NCBI GenBank assembly: GCA_002328185.1
Contig: DCWQ01000006.1
Span: forward strand, 14,047-78,046
Length of the DNA: 64,000 nt
Source: Dehalococcoidia bacterium UBA2158
GTDB lineage: Bacteria; Chloroflexota; Dehalococcoidia; Lucifugimonadales; UBA3495
Direction of reading: 5' to 3'
Every line of letters begins with the position of its first letter. Position 1 is the stretch's first letter. This document shows, piece after piece, positions 27,423-37,296 of this stretch. Below the pieces are notes generated by a model that ran no database searches, had not been told where the DNA came from, and worked only from the letters and a program-made list of their open reading frames with translations. A program made the translations under genes and the position numbers.

Positions 27423-28130
27423 ATGCGATTTGGCATTCTGGTGTTCCCAGGAACCTGGAGCGACACTGACTGTTATTACCAAGTGAAAGACATCCTCAGA
27501 CAGGAAGCCGAGTACGTTTGGCATGATGAGACCAGCCTGGACAGTTTCGATTCGGTAATCCTGCCGGGAGGGTTCTCCTACGGCGATTACCTCCGCCCCG
27601 GTGCAATGGCCAGGTTCTCGCCGGTCATGGACGCTCTGAACAAGTTTGTTGAGTCCGGAAGGACGGCCATCGGCATTTGCAACGGCTTCCAGATACTGTG
27701 CGAATCGGGACTGCTCCCCGGCGCGTTGCTGCCGAACCAACACCTGGAGTACCGTTGCCAGCCGACCCACCTGCGCACGGAGCGGACCGACACCCCGTTC
27801 ACTCGGACCTGCGCCCAGGGTCAGCTTTTGGACGTGCCGGTCTCCCACGGTGAGGGCAACTATTTCGCCGACGCCGCAACCCTGATCCAGCTTGAAGAAG
27901 AAGGGCGGGTGCTCTTCCGCTACTGCGACTCCTCCGGTGAGGCCACCGCAGACGCCAACCCCAACGGTTCGGCCAACAACATCGCCGGGATCATCAACGA
28001 AGCCGGCAACGTTTTGGGGATGATGCCCCACCCCGAGCGTAGTTGCGAGGCGATCCTGGGAAGCACCGACGGCAACCTAATCTTCCAATCGATCATAGAA
28101 AGCGCGATCGAAAGCCATAGGCAGGCCTAG
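27423..28130 (+). CDS. purQ: phosphoribosylformylglycinamidine synthase subunit PurQ (glutaminase)
   Basis: 235 aa. The active-site Cys is in GICNGFQIL, and GGFSYGDYLR and MMPHPER are present. Confidence 0.92.
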   Translation: MRFGILVFPGTWSDTDCYYQVKDILRQEAEYVWHDETSLDSFDSVILPGGFSYGDYLRPGAMARFSPVMDALNKFVESGRTAIGICNGFQILCESGLLPGALLPNQHLEYRCQPTHLRTERTDTPFTRTCAQGQLLDVPVSHGEGNYFADAATLIQLEEEGRVLFRYCDSSGEATADANPNGSANNIAGIINEAGNVLGMMPHPERSCEAILGSTDGNLIFQSIIESAIESHRQA

Positions 28131-28138
28131 ACCACCCT

Positions 28139-29050
28139 ATGACGGCTGTTGCCTTTTCGATAATTGCCGCCTTTGGTTTCGCCAGTTCGGCAGTCCTCTC
28201 CCGCCAGGGGATGCAGGCCATATTCCCCCTTCCAGGCGTCATGGTCTCCCTGTTCTTCAGCCTGCTTTTTTCAGCGATCATGGTGTTGTTGTTCGCCTTC
28301 TCCGACATCAGCTCCATCCCTCAGGCGGCCATCTTATGGATAGTGGGCCTGGGATTATTGAACTACTTGGGGGGCCGGTCCCAGAATTTCTTGGCGGTCA
28401 ACTTGATCGGGGCTTCACGGGCCAGTCTGTTCGTGGCCTCCCAGGCGCCGTTCGCGGCCCTCTTCGCGGTGGCGTTCATCGGTGAGAGCATGCATGTTCT
28501 GGTCGGGCTGGGCACCGCCGGGGTGGTTAGCGGGCTGATCTTCGCCAGCGGCACATCGATCTTGGAGGGATGGCGGGGCGACAAGATATTCGTGCTGGGC
28601 TATCTGATGGCATTGGGCGCCGGGGCCTCCTATGGGGCCACCAACGTGATGGCGAAACAAACGTTGGAAGTATTCGATTCTCCTCTCGTTATCACAACGC
28701 TCAGTATGGTGGTTGGCATAGTGGTTCTCGCTCCGCTGGTGGGTGTCAGCACCGCACAAAGCGGTGTCCACCGCGAAACAGGCCAGGGGGTCTCGAAGAA
28801 TCTGTGGTCGTTACGATGGGTTGCTTTGGCCGGCATCGCATCGGGAATAGCAGTCATCTCACTGTACTTCGCAGTGCAGCGGACCGACGTGGTTGTGATC
28901 AGCCCCATAGTCTCCAGCAGCCCGCTGATCACTCTGTTACTTTCTCACCTGTTCCTGGCACGGTTGGAACAGGTCACACGGCGGCTGGTATTCGGGGCGA
29001 TGCTCACCGTCGGAGGAGTGGTCCTGGTGGTGCTGGGCAACCAGCTATGA
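28139..29050 (+). CDS. EamA/DMT-family transporter
   Basis: 303 aa, about 10 hydrophobic helices, with two EamA-like halves. Confidence 0.7.
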   Translation: MTAVAFSIIAAFGFASSAVLSRQGMQAIFPLPGVMVSLFFSLLFSAIMVLLFAFSDISSIPQAAILWIVGLGLLNYLGGRSQNFLAVNLIGASRASLFVASQAPFAALFAVAFIGESMHVLVGLGTAGVVSGLIFASGTSILEGWRGDKIFVLGYLMALGAGASYGATNVMAKQTLEVFDSPLVITTLSMVVGIVVLAPLVGVSTAQSGVHRETGQGVSKNLWSLRWVALAGIASGIAVISLYFAVQRTDVVVISPIVSSSPLITLLLSHLFLARLEQVTRRLVFGAMLTVGGVVLVVLGNQL

Positions 29051-29070
29051 CCGTGGTGGCGTAGCGCTGA

Positions 29071-29964
29071 ATGGGCGCGATAGCTCTCTCGCTGTTGTCT
29101 GGCTTCGGTTTTGGCAGCGCCGCGGTCCTCGCCAGGGTGGGCATGCAGGGCATGAGCCCGCTGTCCAGCGTTCTGCTTTCGGTGGTGGTTAGTTTTTGCC
29201 CCACTCTCCTCCTTGCCCTGGTCTTCGCCTTCTCCGACATCAAGGACCTGCCTCTGGTGGCCCTGGCCTGGTTCTTTTTGCTTGGTGTGGTCAATTTTCT
29301 GGGCGGACGAACCTCCAGTTATCAGGCCATCGGGCGTATCGGCGCTTCCCGGACGGCCGCGGTCCAGAGCACGGCGGCGGTGTTCGCGTCTATCTTCGCC
29401 ATCACCATCACTGGGGAGCGGCCCCATTTCGTGGTGCTGCTGGGCACGCTAACGGTTGTTCTAGGGCTCACTGCCGCCGTGGGCAACTCCATTCGCGGCG
29501 GGGTCGCCAATAACCGGGGAGTCCTGATTGGGTTCGGTCTGGCCTTGGTCGCCGCAGCCTCCTACGGCGGCACCAACGTCATTGCGAAGGAGCTGACCGA
29601 GGAGTACGGCTCTCCTCTGATGGTCTCCTCACTCGGGCTGCTCTTCGGTATCATCCTGTTGTGGCCGTTGGCTGGAAGCAGCACGGTGCGGGAAGTGCGG
29701 GAGTCCAGAGGGAACATGAAATTCGTTCTGTCCGCCGGTTCCTCAGGATTGGCCGCAGCGACCGGCGTGATCACCCTCTATTTCGCACTGGAACGGGCCG
29801 ATGTAACCGTGGTCGCGCCCATAGTGTCCACCAATCCCATATTCACCTTGATCCTGGCCCAGATATTCATCTCCCGGATGGAAGACCTCACAAAATGGCT
29901 GTTCTTGAGCGTAGGCGTCACGGTGGCGGGCGTGGCGATAGTGACTGTGGGAAGCACTCTCTGA
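29071..29964 (+). CDS. EamA/DMT-family transporter (tandem paralogue)
   Basis: 297 aa. It aligns by eye with the upstream gene (FGFGSAAVLARVGMQG vs FGFASSAVLSRQGMQA; ISPIVSS vs VAPIVST). Confidence 0.7.
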   Translation: MGAIALSLLSGFGFGSAAVLARVGMQGMSPLSSVLLSVVVSFCPTLLLALVFAFSDIKDLPLVALAWFFLLGVVNFLGGRTSSYQAIGRIGASRTAAVQSTAAVFASIFAITITGERPHFVVLLGTLTVVLGLTAAVGNSIRGGVANNRGVLIGFGLALVAAASYGGTNVIAKELTEEYGSPLMVSSLGLLFGIILLWPLAGSSTVREVRESRGNMKFVLSAGSSGLAAATGVITLYFALERADVTVVAPIVSTNPIFTLILAQIFISRMEDLTKWLFLSVGVTVAGVAIVTVGSTL

Positions 29965-30076
29965 TACCGAATCATTGACACCCACGCCTGCCCAAGCCCT
30001 GTCCTTTGTGGCATAATTGGGCTCAGACTATAGACAGCAAATCCCAAGGGGAATCCCCTCAATAATTAGGAGTCTC

Positions 30077-30478
30077 ATGCCAGGACAGATCAAGACAAAA
30101 CAGATCAACCACGTCACTACCATGGTCAAAGACACCGCCCGGGCCATGAAGTTCTACAACGAACTGCTGGGCATCAAGCAGATCGAGAGTCAGGTCCCGA
30201 ATCCGGAAATCACCTGGCTGCAACTGGACAACGGCATCATGGTGCACCTGATCGAGACTGAGGAAGCGCCGGTGAAGCCAGAGAATACCCACCACGCCTT
30301 CGAGGTCGAGGACTTCGAGGGGACCATGAAGATTCTGGAAGAGAACGGCTATGAGATCGCCCGCCACGGCGTTAGGTTCGACGGCCAGGGCTTCATGTTC
30401 ACCCACGACCCCGATGGCAACCGGGTGGAGTTCTGCACCGGTTCCGGCTACTTCCCAGCCCCCGGCCGCCCTCAATAA
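30077..30478 (+). CDS. VOC-family (glyoxalase/bleomycin resistance/dioxygenase fold) protein
   Basis: INHVTTMVKD...HHAFEVEDF...DPDGNRVEF. The start is the ATG at 30077 after AGGAG. Confidence 0.75.
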   Translation: MPGQIKTKQINHVTTMVKDTARAMKFYNELLGIKQIESQVPNPEITWLQLDNGIMVHLIETEEAPVKPENTHHAFEVEDFEGTMKILEENGYEIARHGVRFDGQGFMFTHDPDGNRVEFCTGSGYFPAPGRPQ

Positions 30479-30508
30479 ACACTAGGGGCCGATTAATTAG
30501 GAGATACC

Positions 30509-31321
30509 GTGTTCGAGAAGATTCAACATATGGGGTACCTGACCCCTGACCTGGACCGAGCCGTTGCCTGGTTCGGGGAGTCGTTCGGCGCAGTCAATGC
30601 CGGAGGTGGACCCCTGAACAAGAGCTTTGCTATGCCCAGCGGCGGACGCAATGCCTACATGCGCTTCGGCAATGCCGAGGCTGAACTGCTGGAGCCTGAG
30701 GACAAGACCGGTCTTTCCAGCGAGATCCTTACTATGCACCACGTGGGTTATGTGGTGGCTGACATCAACCGCGCCATCGACGACCTCACGGCTCGCGGGT
30801 TCAAATTCGCCGCCGACAAGCCCAACGTCAACGTGCTGGGCCAAACGCTGCTTTACTTCGACTCCAAGACTACCAACGGCGTGAAGATGCACATCACCCA
30901 ACTTCCCGGCGAATCGGTGGCAGGTAACGACGGCCTGGAGATCGAACGCATAGTCCACGCGGGCTACCGCGTGAAGGACCTGGAAGATGCCATTAAGTGG
31001 TACACCGATAAATTCGACGGCACGCACATCGGCGGCGGGCCTTCCCGGAGCGGCGGCCGTAACGCATTTGTGAACTTCGGCCAGGTACAGGTTGAACTGA
31101 TCGAGCCTGGAGACCCCTCAATCATGGGCGCGGACCACTCCATGGATCACGTGGGCTATGCGGTGGGCGATATATCGTCTTGTATCGGAACGTGCGAGGC
31201 CCATGGCCTGAAATTCGTTTCCGACACGCCCAACACCAACGGCGTTGGCCAGCAGGTTTTGTACTTCGAGACCGATACCAGCATGGGGTCACGGATGCAC
31301 CTAACCCGGCTGCCGGACTAG
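30509..31321 (+). CDS. two-domain VOC-family protein (methylmalonyl-CoA-epimerase-like fold)
   Basis: 270 aa. There are two internal repeats, each with HMGY/HAGY...ELLEP/ELIEP...H.GY.V.DI motifs. Confidence 0.7.
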   Translation: MFEKIQHMGYLTPDLDRAVAWFGESFGAVNAGGGPLNKSFAMPSGGRNAYMRFGNAEAELLEPEDKTGLSSEILTMHHVGYVVADINRAIDDLTARGFKFAADKPNVNVLGQTLLYFDSKTTNGVKMHITQLPGESVAGNDGLEIERIVHAGYRVKDLEDAIKWYTDKFDGTHIGGGPSRSGGRNAFVNFGQVQVELIEPGDPSIMGADHSMDHVGYAVGDISSCIGTCEAHGLKFVSDTPNTNGVGQQVLYFETDTSMGSRMHLTRLPD

Positions 31322-31340
31322 ACCTGCGCCCGATCTTCCC

Positions 31341-31886
31341 ATGCAGTCAGACCAAGTGCGTAACATAATCCTGGTTGGCTTCATGGCCTCGGGAAAGAGC
31401 AGCGTGAGCCGGGCTCTCTTCCGCCGCTGCGGCTGGCCGAGGATCGACGCCGACGACGAGATAGTGTCCCGGGCCGGGAAACCCATCGCCGACATCTTCC
31501 GTGATTCTGGTGAGGATGCTTTCCGGGAACTGGAACGGTCAGTGGTTAGTGACATCTGCGGCGAGAGGGGCCGCATCATCGCAGCCGGCGGAGGGTCGTT
31601 CATCGACGATGAGAACCGGCAGACAATGCTGGACGGCGGGACGGTCTTCTACCTCAGCGCCAGTCCCGAGACCATCCACCGGCGGGTGACCAGAGGCAAC
31701 CCCAACGCTCCGGCCCGGCCGTTATTGGGGGCTGGCAACTCGCTGGAGAGGATCAAAGAGCTACTGACCCAGCGAAGGCCGGCTTACTCCCAGGCCCACC
31801 ACGCGGTCGAGACTGACGGCCTGACCCCGGACCAAGTGGCTGAGGCCATCCTGAAGATATGCGGACCAAATCTTGCGCAACAGTAA
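31341..31886 (+). CDS. aroK: shikimate kinase
   Basis: Walker A is LVGFMASGKSSV, followed by DADDEI, FRELE and GGG motifs. Confidence 0.85.
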   Translation: MQSDQVRNIILVGFMASGKSSVSRALFRRCGWPRIDADDEIVSRAGKPIADIFRDSGEDAFRELERSVVSDICGERGRIIAAGGGSFIDDENRQTMLDGGTVFYLSASPETIHRRVTRGNPNAPARPLLGAGNSLERIKELLTQRRPAYSQAHHAVETDGLTPDQVAEAILKICGPNLAQQ

Positions 31887-31979
31887 TTTCGGAATAGACC
31901 ACGGAGTGTGGCGATGATTGGCCCGCACGCGTTTGTGCCGACCCGGGATGACGAATAATCTTGCAACGACTGCTCTGGG

Positions 31980-32729
31980 GTGCCCGGCGGCCCGATTCAC
32001 CGAACCGCGGCTGGACCTCCCGATGAATGGACTCCAGAGGCTCCCTTGCGCCAGGCCCCCGGAAAGCCAAAGAGACGGATAGGCCCCCGATGGCTTTTTC
32101 TGGCTTTCGGCGGGATACCCATCGTGGTTTCCGCCGTCGGATATGTTCTGTCGGATGGCGAGACGAAGATGGGCGACGACCCTTCAGAGGATTTGGCCCA
32201 GACCTAGACGGTTGTTCCTTCAGACTCGGTGAATCCGACTAGCACGACGGACCTTGATTGGGGCGAGCCTTAATGGGCAGTCACTCTCGAATCCGAGGTC
32301 CATCGACTAGTTAATTTCAAACGGCAGAAGAACTCGTTAGGCGTCTTGGGCCAGGACTGGCAGCTGGCTGATATCGCCCGCGCTCACAGCCAAGACATGT
32401 TGTTGAACGATTTCTTTAAGCACGAAAACCTCTCGGGCCAGACTGCCGTCTACCGGGGGAATGACGTTGGATACACATGTGTGAAGAACTTTGGCGATTT
32501 TTTCACCGAGGGGATCTCAGAGAACATATTCCAGGGTTAACTCTATTCGTCATTCAACGCACAAAGGTGGAACTACCTGGCTCTGGAGGAGCCGGCGTTC
32601 AAAGTCGTTGACGATTGGATGAACAGCCCAGGACACCGAGAGAATATCTTGGCTTAGACCTATGACCGGGAAGGCATCGGAGTCGTGGTAGGGGAACGAG
32701 TCGGTCTGGGTAACTCAGAATCCTGTTAG
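31980..32729 (+). pseudogene. decayed membrane-anchored CAP/SCP (YkwD-like) domain gene
   Basis: The N-terminal piece has a TM anchor (WLFLAFGGIPIVVSAVGYVL). The CAP pieces are LADIARAHSQDMLLNDFFKHENLSG...SENIFQG(stop)...VVDDWMNSPGHRENILA(stop)TYDREGIGVV. They are separated by in-frame stops and at least one frameshift. Confidence 0.6.
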
Positions 32730-32826
32730 CGGTTTCAGTTTCTCCACGGTTCATGTATGGTTTGACTATCCAAGTATGAAAAAATAGAGGCAATCAACGC
32801 CTCAATATTTGATCGGAGACCAGAAC

Positions 32827-33927
32827 ATGGCGGACATAGACCTGGCAGCGGAAGTAAGTCACTCGGGCGGTTCCTATCCGGTAGTCGCCGGTTGGGGGCT
32901 GATCGATTCCCTGGGAGACCGGTTCACGGACCTCGGATTGATCAACACGGCCTACATCATCACCGACGCCAACGTGATGAACCTCTACGGCCGGAACGTC
33001 CAACGGGCGCTGCAGAAGCGGGGCATACCCGCCCATTGCTTCATCATCCCCGCCGGGGAGACCAGCAAGAGTTTCGAGCTGGCCCAAGGTATTTACCACT
33101 GGCTGGCAGACCTGAAGGCCGAGCGCGGCCACACTATCATCGCCGTTGGTGGGGGTGTCGCCGGAGACCTGGGCGGGTTCGTCGCGGCCACCTACCTGCG
33201 GGGCATGCCCTTCGTGCAGGTGCCCACCAGCATGGCTGCCATGGTCGACGCGTCCATCGGCGGCAAGGTCGCGGTCAACTTGCCCCAGGCCAAGAACCTG
33301 GTTGGAGCCTTCTACCAGCCTCGGGGCGTGTTCGCCGATGTCCAGAGCTTGTCCACCCTGGGCAAACGGGAGCTGGCTGAGGGTTGGGCTGAGGCCATCA
33401 AGCACGGGTTCATCCTGGACGCCAGCCTGGTGGACATGTTCGAAGAGCACGCCGAGGCGCTGGTGGAAGTGGAGCCGGAGATATCAACTGAGGTCATCAG
33501 GCGCAGCATGGCTATCAAGGCCAACGTGGTCAGCCAGGACGAACGTGAGACCCTGGGCATCCGCATCATGTTGAACTACGGCCATACCATTGGACACGCG
33601 CTGGAGTCGACGACCGAGTACGGCCAGTTCTTCCACGGAGAAGGTGTTTCCGTGGGCATGATGGGCGCGGCGACCATGGCACAAGAGATGGGTCTGCATT
33701 CCCAGGACCTGGTCGACCGCCAACGCCATCTCCTGGAACGGTTCAGCCTGCCCACGTCGGCCAAAGGGCTGAACGTGTCCGATATTCTGGGTGCTATGTC
33801 TCTGGATAAAAAGGTCCAGAGCGGATCCAAGCGCTGGGTGATGCTGGAAGAGGTGGGCCGGTCGGTGGTACGTACCGATGTTCCCGAGGAACTGGTGGAG
33901 AAGACGGTCCGGGACCTGGTTACCTAG
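32827..33927 (+). CDS. aroB: 3-dehydroquinate synthase
   Basis: GGGVAGDLGGF, VPTSMAAMVDASIGGK and NYGHTIGHALE motifs. The start is the ATG at 32827 after GGAGAC. Confidence 0.92.
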   Translation: MADIDLAAEVSHSGGSYPVVAGWGLIDSLGDRFTDLGLINTAYIITDANVMNLYGRNVQRALQKRGIPAHCFIIPAGETSKSFELAQGIYHWLADLKAERGHTIIAVGGGVAGDLGGFVAATYLRGMPFVQVPTSMAAMVDASIGGKVAVNLPQAKNLVGAFYQPRGVFADVQSLSTLGKRELAEGWAEAIKHGFILDASLVDMFEEHAEALVEVEPEISTEVIRRSMAIKANVVSQDERETLGIRIMLNYGHTIGHALESTTEYGQFFHGEGVSVGMMGAATMAQEMGLHSQDLVDRQRHLLERFSLPTSAKGLNVSDILGAMSLDKKVQSGSKRWVMLEEVGRSVVRTDVPEELVEKTVRDLVT

Positions 33928-33950
33928 TCGTCTGCTTCGGAAGGCATCAA

Positions 33951-34988
33951 CTACCGGTTCTTCCGTTTAGCGATCATCATCATTGCGGCGATGATTAGAC
34001 ACATGGCGCCGCCCACGCCGAGCAGCACCACCGAAGCCAACGTCGACAGAAATTCCACGCTTTCCCCGAACGTCGATACCTGTTCTAGCGCCACCGCCAG
34101 GCCGCCGGCCAAGATCGTCACTCCGTATAGGATGCGAATCCGGACCGGCTCTACGAAATTGGTCGCTGTAGCCCCCAGTTGAGAGCCAATTGACGCCGCG
34201 CTGAGCATGATGATGGCCATCTTAGGGTCGACGTTGTGGGATAATGCGTAGATGAATGTGCCCCACGACCCGGTGACGATTATCTGGAATAGGTCGGTCC
34301 CGATGGCCACAGTCGTAGGCACCCCCAGCCCGAAGATCAAAGCGGGCATTAGCAGGAAGCCGCCTCCTGCCCCCAACAAACCGGCGAAGAATCCAACGCC
34401 CAAACCGACAGCCACTGGGATGAACACCGAAAGGTTCTTGATACCGGAAACCGGCAAAGAGACATATGTGGGAACCTTTCCCAAGCCTGGCAGCCAGATT
34501 GAATGAGGTGGGATACGTAAACCTTGGACCCGCCGTGCCAGGGACGCAGTTGAAATCTCCTCTTCGGCCAACTTGGAGGTACGGCGCAGCTTTAAGTAAT
34601 CGTTGACTATGAACCCGCCGAGAGCTCCCAAAAACAAAATATACACATAGCGAATCACCGGTCCGATGATACCGGCTTCTTCCAGGGTGGAGTTCAATTG
34701 CTCGGCCAGAAATACCCCTGGGATAGTGCCGACGAGCATCAGCATTCCCAGACGAAGGTCCACGTTGCCCAGATGACGGTGTTTGAGGGTGTTGATGATC
34801 GAGGAGCCCATGATCAGGGCCAATCCGGTCCCGACCGCAAATGCGGGCGGTACTCCGAAGACTAGCAGGCCTCCGGTGATCAAGAAACCTCCGCCCACTC
34901 CAAAGAACCCACTTAGAGTGCCAACCATGACACCCAAGAGCAAAAGGAGGGCTGGATTGACAGCGACTTCGGCGTTGGGGAACCACAT
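33951..34988 (-). CDS. TauE/SafE (DUF81) family anion exporter
   Basis: A polytopic membrane protein with the duplicated GGGF.L.P motif (GVGGGFLITG and GAGGGFLLMP). The start is the ATG at 34988 (MWFPNAE). Confidence 0.75.
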   Translation of the reverse strand: MWFPNAEVAVNPALLLLLGVMVGTLSGFFGVGGGFLITGGLLVFGVPPAFAVGTGLALIMGSSIINTLKHRHLGNVDLRLGMLMLVGTIPGVFLAEQLNSTLEEAGIIGPVIRYVYILFLGALGGFIVNDYLKLRRTSKLAEEEISTASLARRVQGLRIPPHSIWLPGLGKVPTYVSLPVSGIKNLSVFIPVAVGLGVGFFAGLLGAGGGFLLMPALIFGLGVPTTVAIGTDLFQIIVTGSWGTFIYALSHNVDPKMAIIMLSAASIGSQLGATATNFVEPVRIRILYGVTILAGGLAVALEQVSTFGESVEFLSTLASVVLLGVGGAMCLIIAAMMMIAKRKNR

Positions 34989-34989
34989 G

Positions 34990-35163
34990 CTAACCGCCGT
35001 CCCTTGGGCCCTTTCCTGTTTCGCTGCGGAGGGCGGCCACGGACTTGAACACCCCGGTCCAGAAAAGGTGCAGACCAACGGCAGATGAGCCGATCACACC
35101 GATGATGAGTAGCGCCCAAAGCAAAGTGTGATCGGAACTAAAATTAGTTAAGAATTCGTTCAT
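34990..35163 (-). CDS. small single-pass membrane protein (57 aa), hypothetical
   Basis: My own translation: MNEFLTNFSSDHTLLWALLIIGVIGSSAVGLHLFWTGVFKSVAALRSETGKGPRDGG. Its TAG stop is 1 nt from the TauE ATG (TAGCATG). It falls below the track size cutoff and has no clear SD. Confidence 0.35.
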   Translation of the reverse strand: MNEFLTNFSSDHTLLWALLIIGVIGSSAVGLHLFWTGVFKSVAALRSETGKGPRDGG

Positions 35164-35291
35164 CGTGGAGCGCCGGAGGGCAGTCTCTGCTGTGTTTGGC
35201 CCGGTAGTTTCAGGCTATTTGTAGGTCAATCAGTTGATGGGTTCAGCCCGTAGAGGATACCATGAGGTTGGCCTGCCACGACTGTCTATAA

Positions 35292-36515
<1,224 letters not shown>

Positions 36516-36593
36516 GGCGTCAGGTGGACTCTGGGGTCGGTATGTGGAGCGGGTTAGGCTAGATCAAATTGGTGTGACCCGAGATTGGATCCT

Positions 36594-36651
36594 TCGACAG
36601 GCTCAGGATGAGCGGCGTTAATTGACTCTGCTTTCGTCCTGAGGCCGTCGA
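36594..36651. repeat. REP-like palindromic element between convergent tgt and moaD-like genes
   Basis: TCGACAGGCTCAGGA (36594-36608) pairs with TCCTGAGGCCGTCGA (36637-36651). The left arm carries the family core GGCTCAGGATGAGCGG. Confidence 0.6.
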
Positions 36652-36672
36652 TAGACTTTTCGGGATTGGCTG

Positions 36673-36951
36673 CTAGAAGCCGCCGGCAACCGCTGGGACT
36701 ATGCTGATTTCGTCGCCATCTGCGGTGGCCGTCTTGAGACCGTCCATGAACCGGACGTCCTCGCCGTTCAGGTAGATGTTTACGAAGTAGCGGAGTTCGC
36801 CTTCTTCATCGACCAAACGGTCTTTGAAACCGGGATACTCGTTGTTCAACTTTTCAACCAAGTCACCGAGAACGGTGGAATCAACTTCTACTTTGGCCGC
36901 GCCGTTGGTCATTTTTCGCAACGGTGTGGGGATTCGGACCACGATGCTCAT
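36673..36951 (-). CDS. MoaD/ThiS-family ubiquitin-like sulfur carrier protein, C-terminus ...AVAGGF
   Basis: 92 aa. It has a beta-grasp pattern (YFVNIYLNGEDV...DGDEISIVPAVAGG) plus one extra residue (F) after the di-glycine. Confidence 0.8.
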   Translation of the reverse strand: MSIVVRIPTPLRKMTNGAAKVEVDSTVLGDLVEKLNNEYPGFKDRLVDEEGELRYFVNIYLNGEDVRFMDGLKTATADGDEISIVPAVAGGF

Positions 36952-37011
36952 CTGGAAATACCCTCCTAAATTTGCGCCCAGTATTTAATCTTTGGGAAGC
37001 AGGACCAAGTC

Positions 37012-37254
37012 CTACCCGTCAATCACGTCCCCGCCAAGCGGGTCTACCCTCACACCCGTGGACCTGACCCATTCCAGCCCACGCTTTATCTCTGTCTCAT
37101 CGCCTTCCAGCTCCAGTACCACCCAACCCACGTCTTCGCCGATGTCGGCCCGGCGGATGTTGGTTATGATCTGGAACTTCCGGCCCAACTCGTAAATCAC
37201 CGGTTGCTTCACCAAGGTTTCCTCGAAAGTGAATTTTACTCTCTGCTTACCCAT
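37012..37254 (-). CDS. stand-alone NIL-domain protein
   Basis: About 80 aa. VKFTFEETLVKQPVIYELGRKFQIITNIRRADIGEDVGWVVLELEGDETEIKRGLEWVRSTGVRVD matches the NIL (MetN C-terminal-like) domain pattern. The start is the ATG at 37254 after GGGAGGTGA. Confidence 0.65.
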   Translation of the reverse strand: MGKQRVKFTFEETLVKQPVIYELGRKFQIITNIRRADIGEDVGWVVLELEGDETEIKRGLEWVRSTGVRVDPLGGDVIDG

Positions 37255-37296
37255 GCCCAATCACCTCCCGGGTTCCTACCTCGATTTTTAGCTCGG

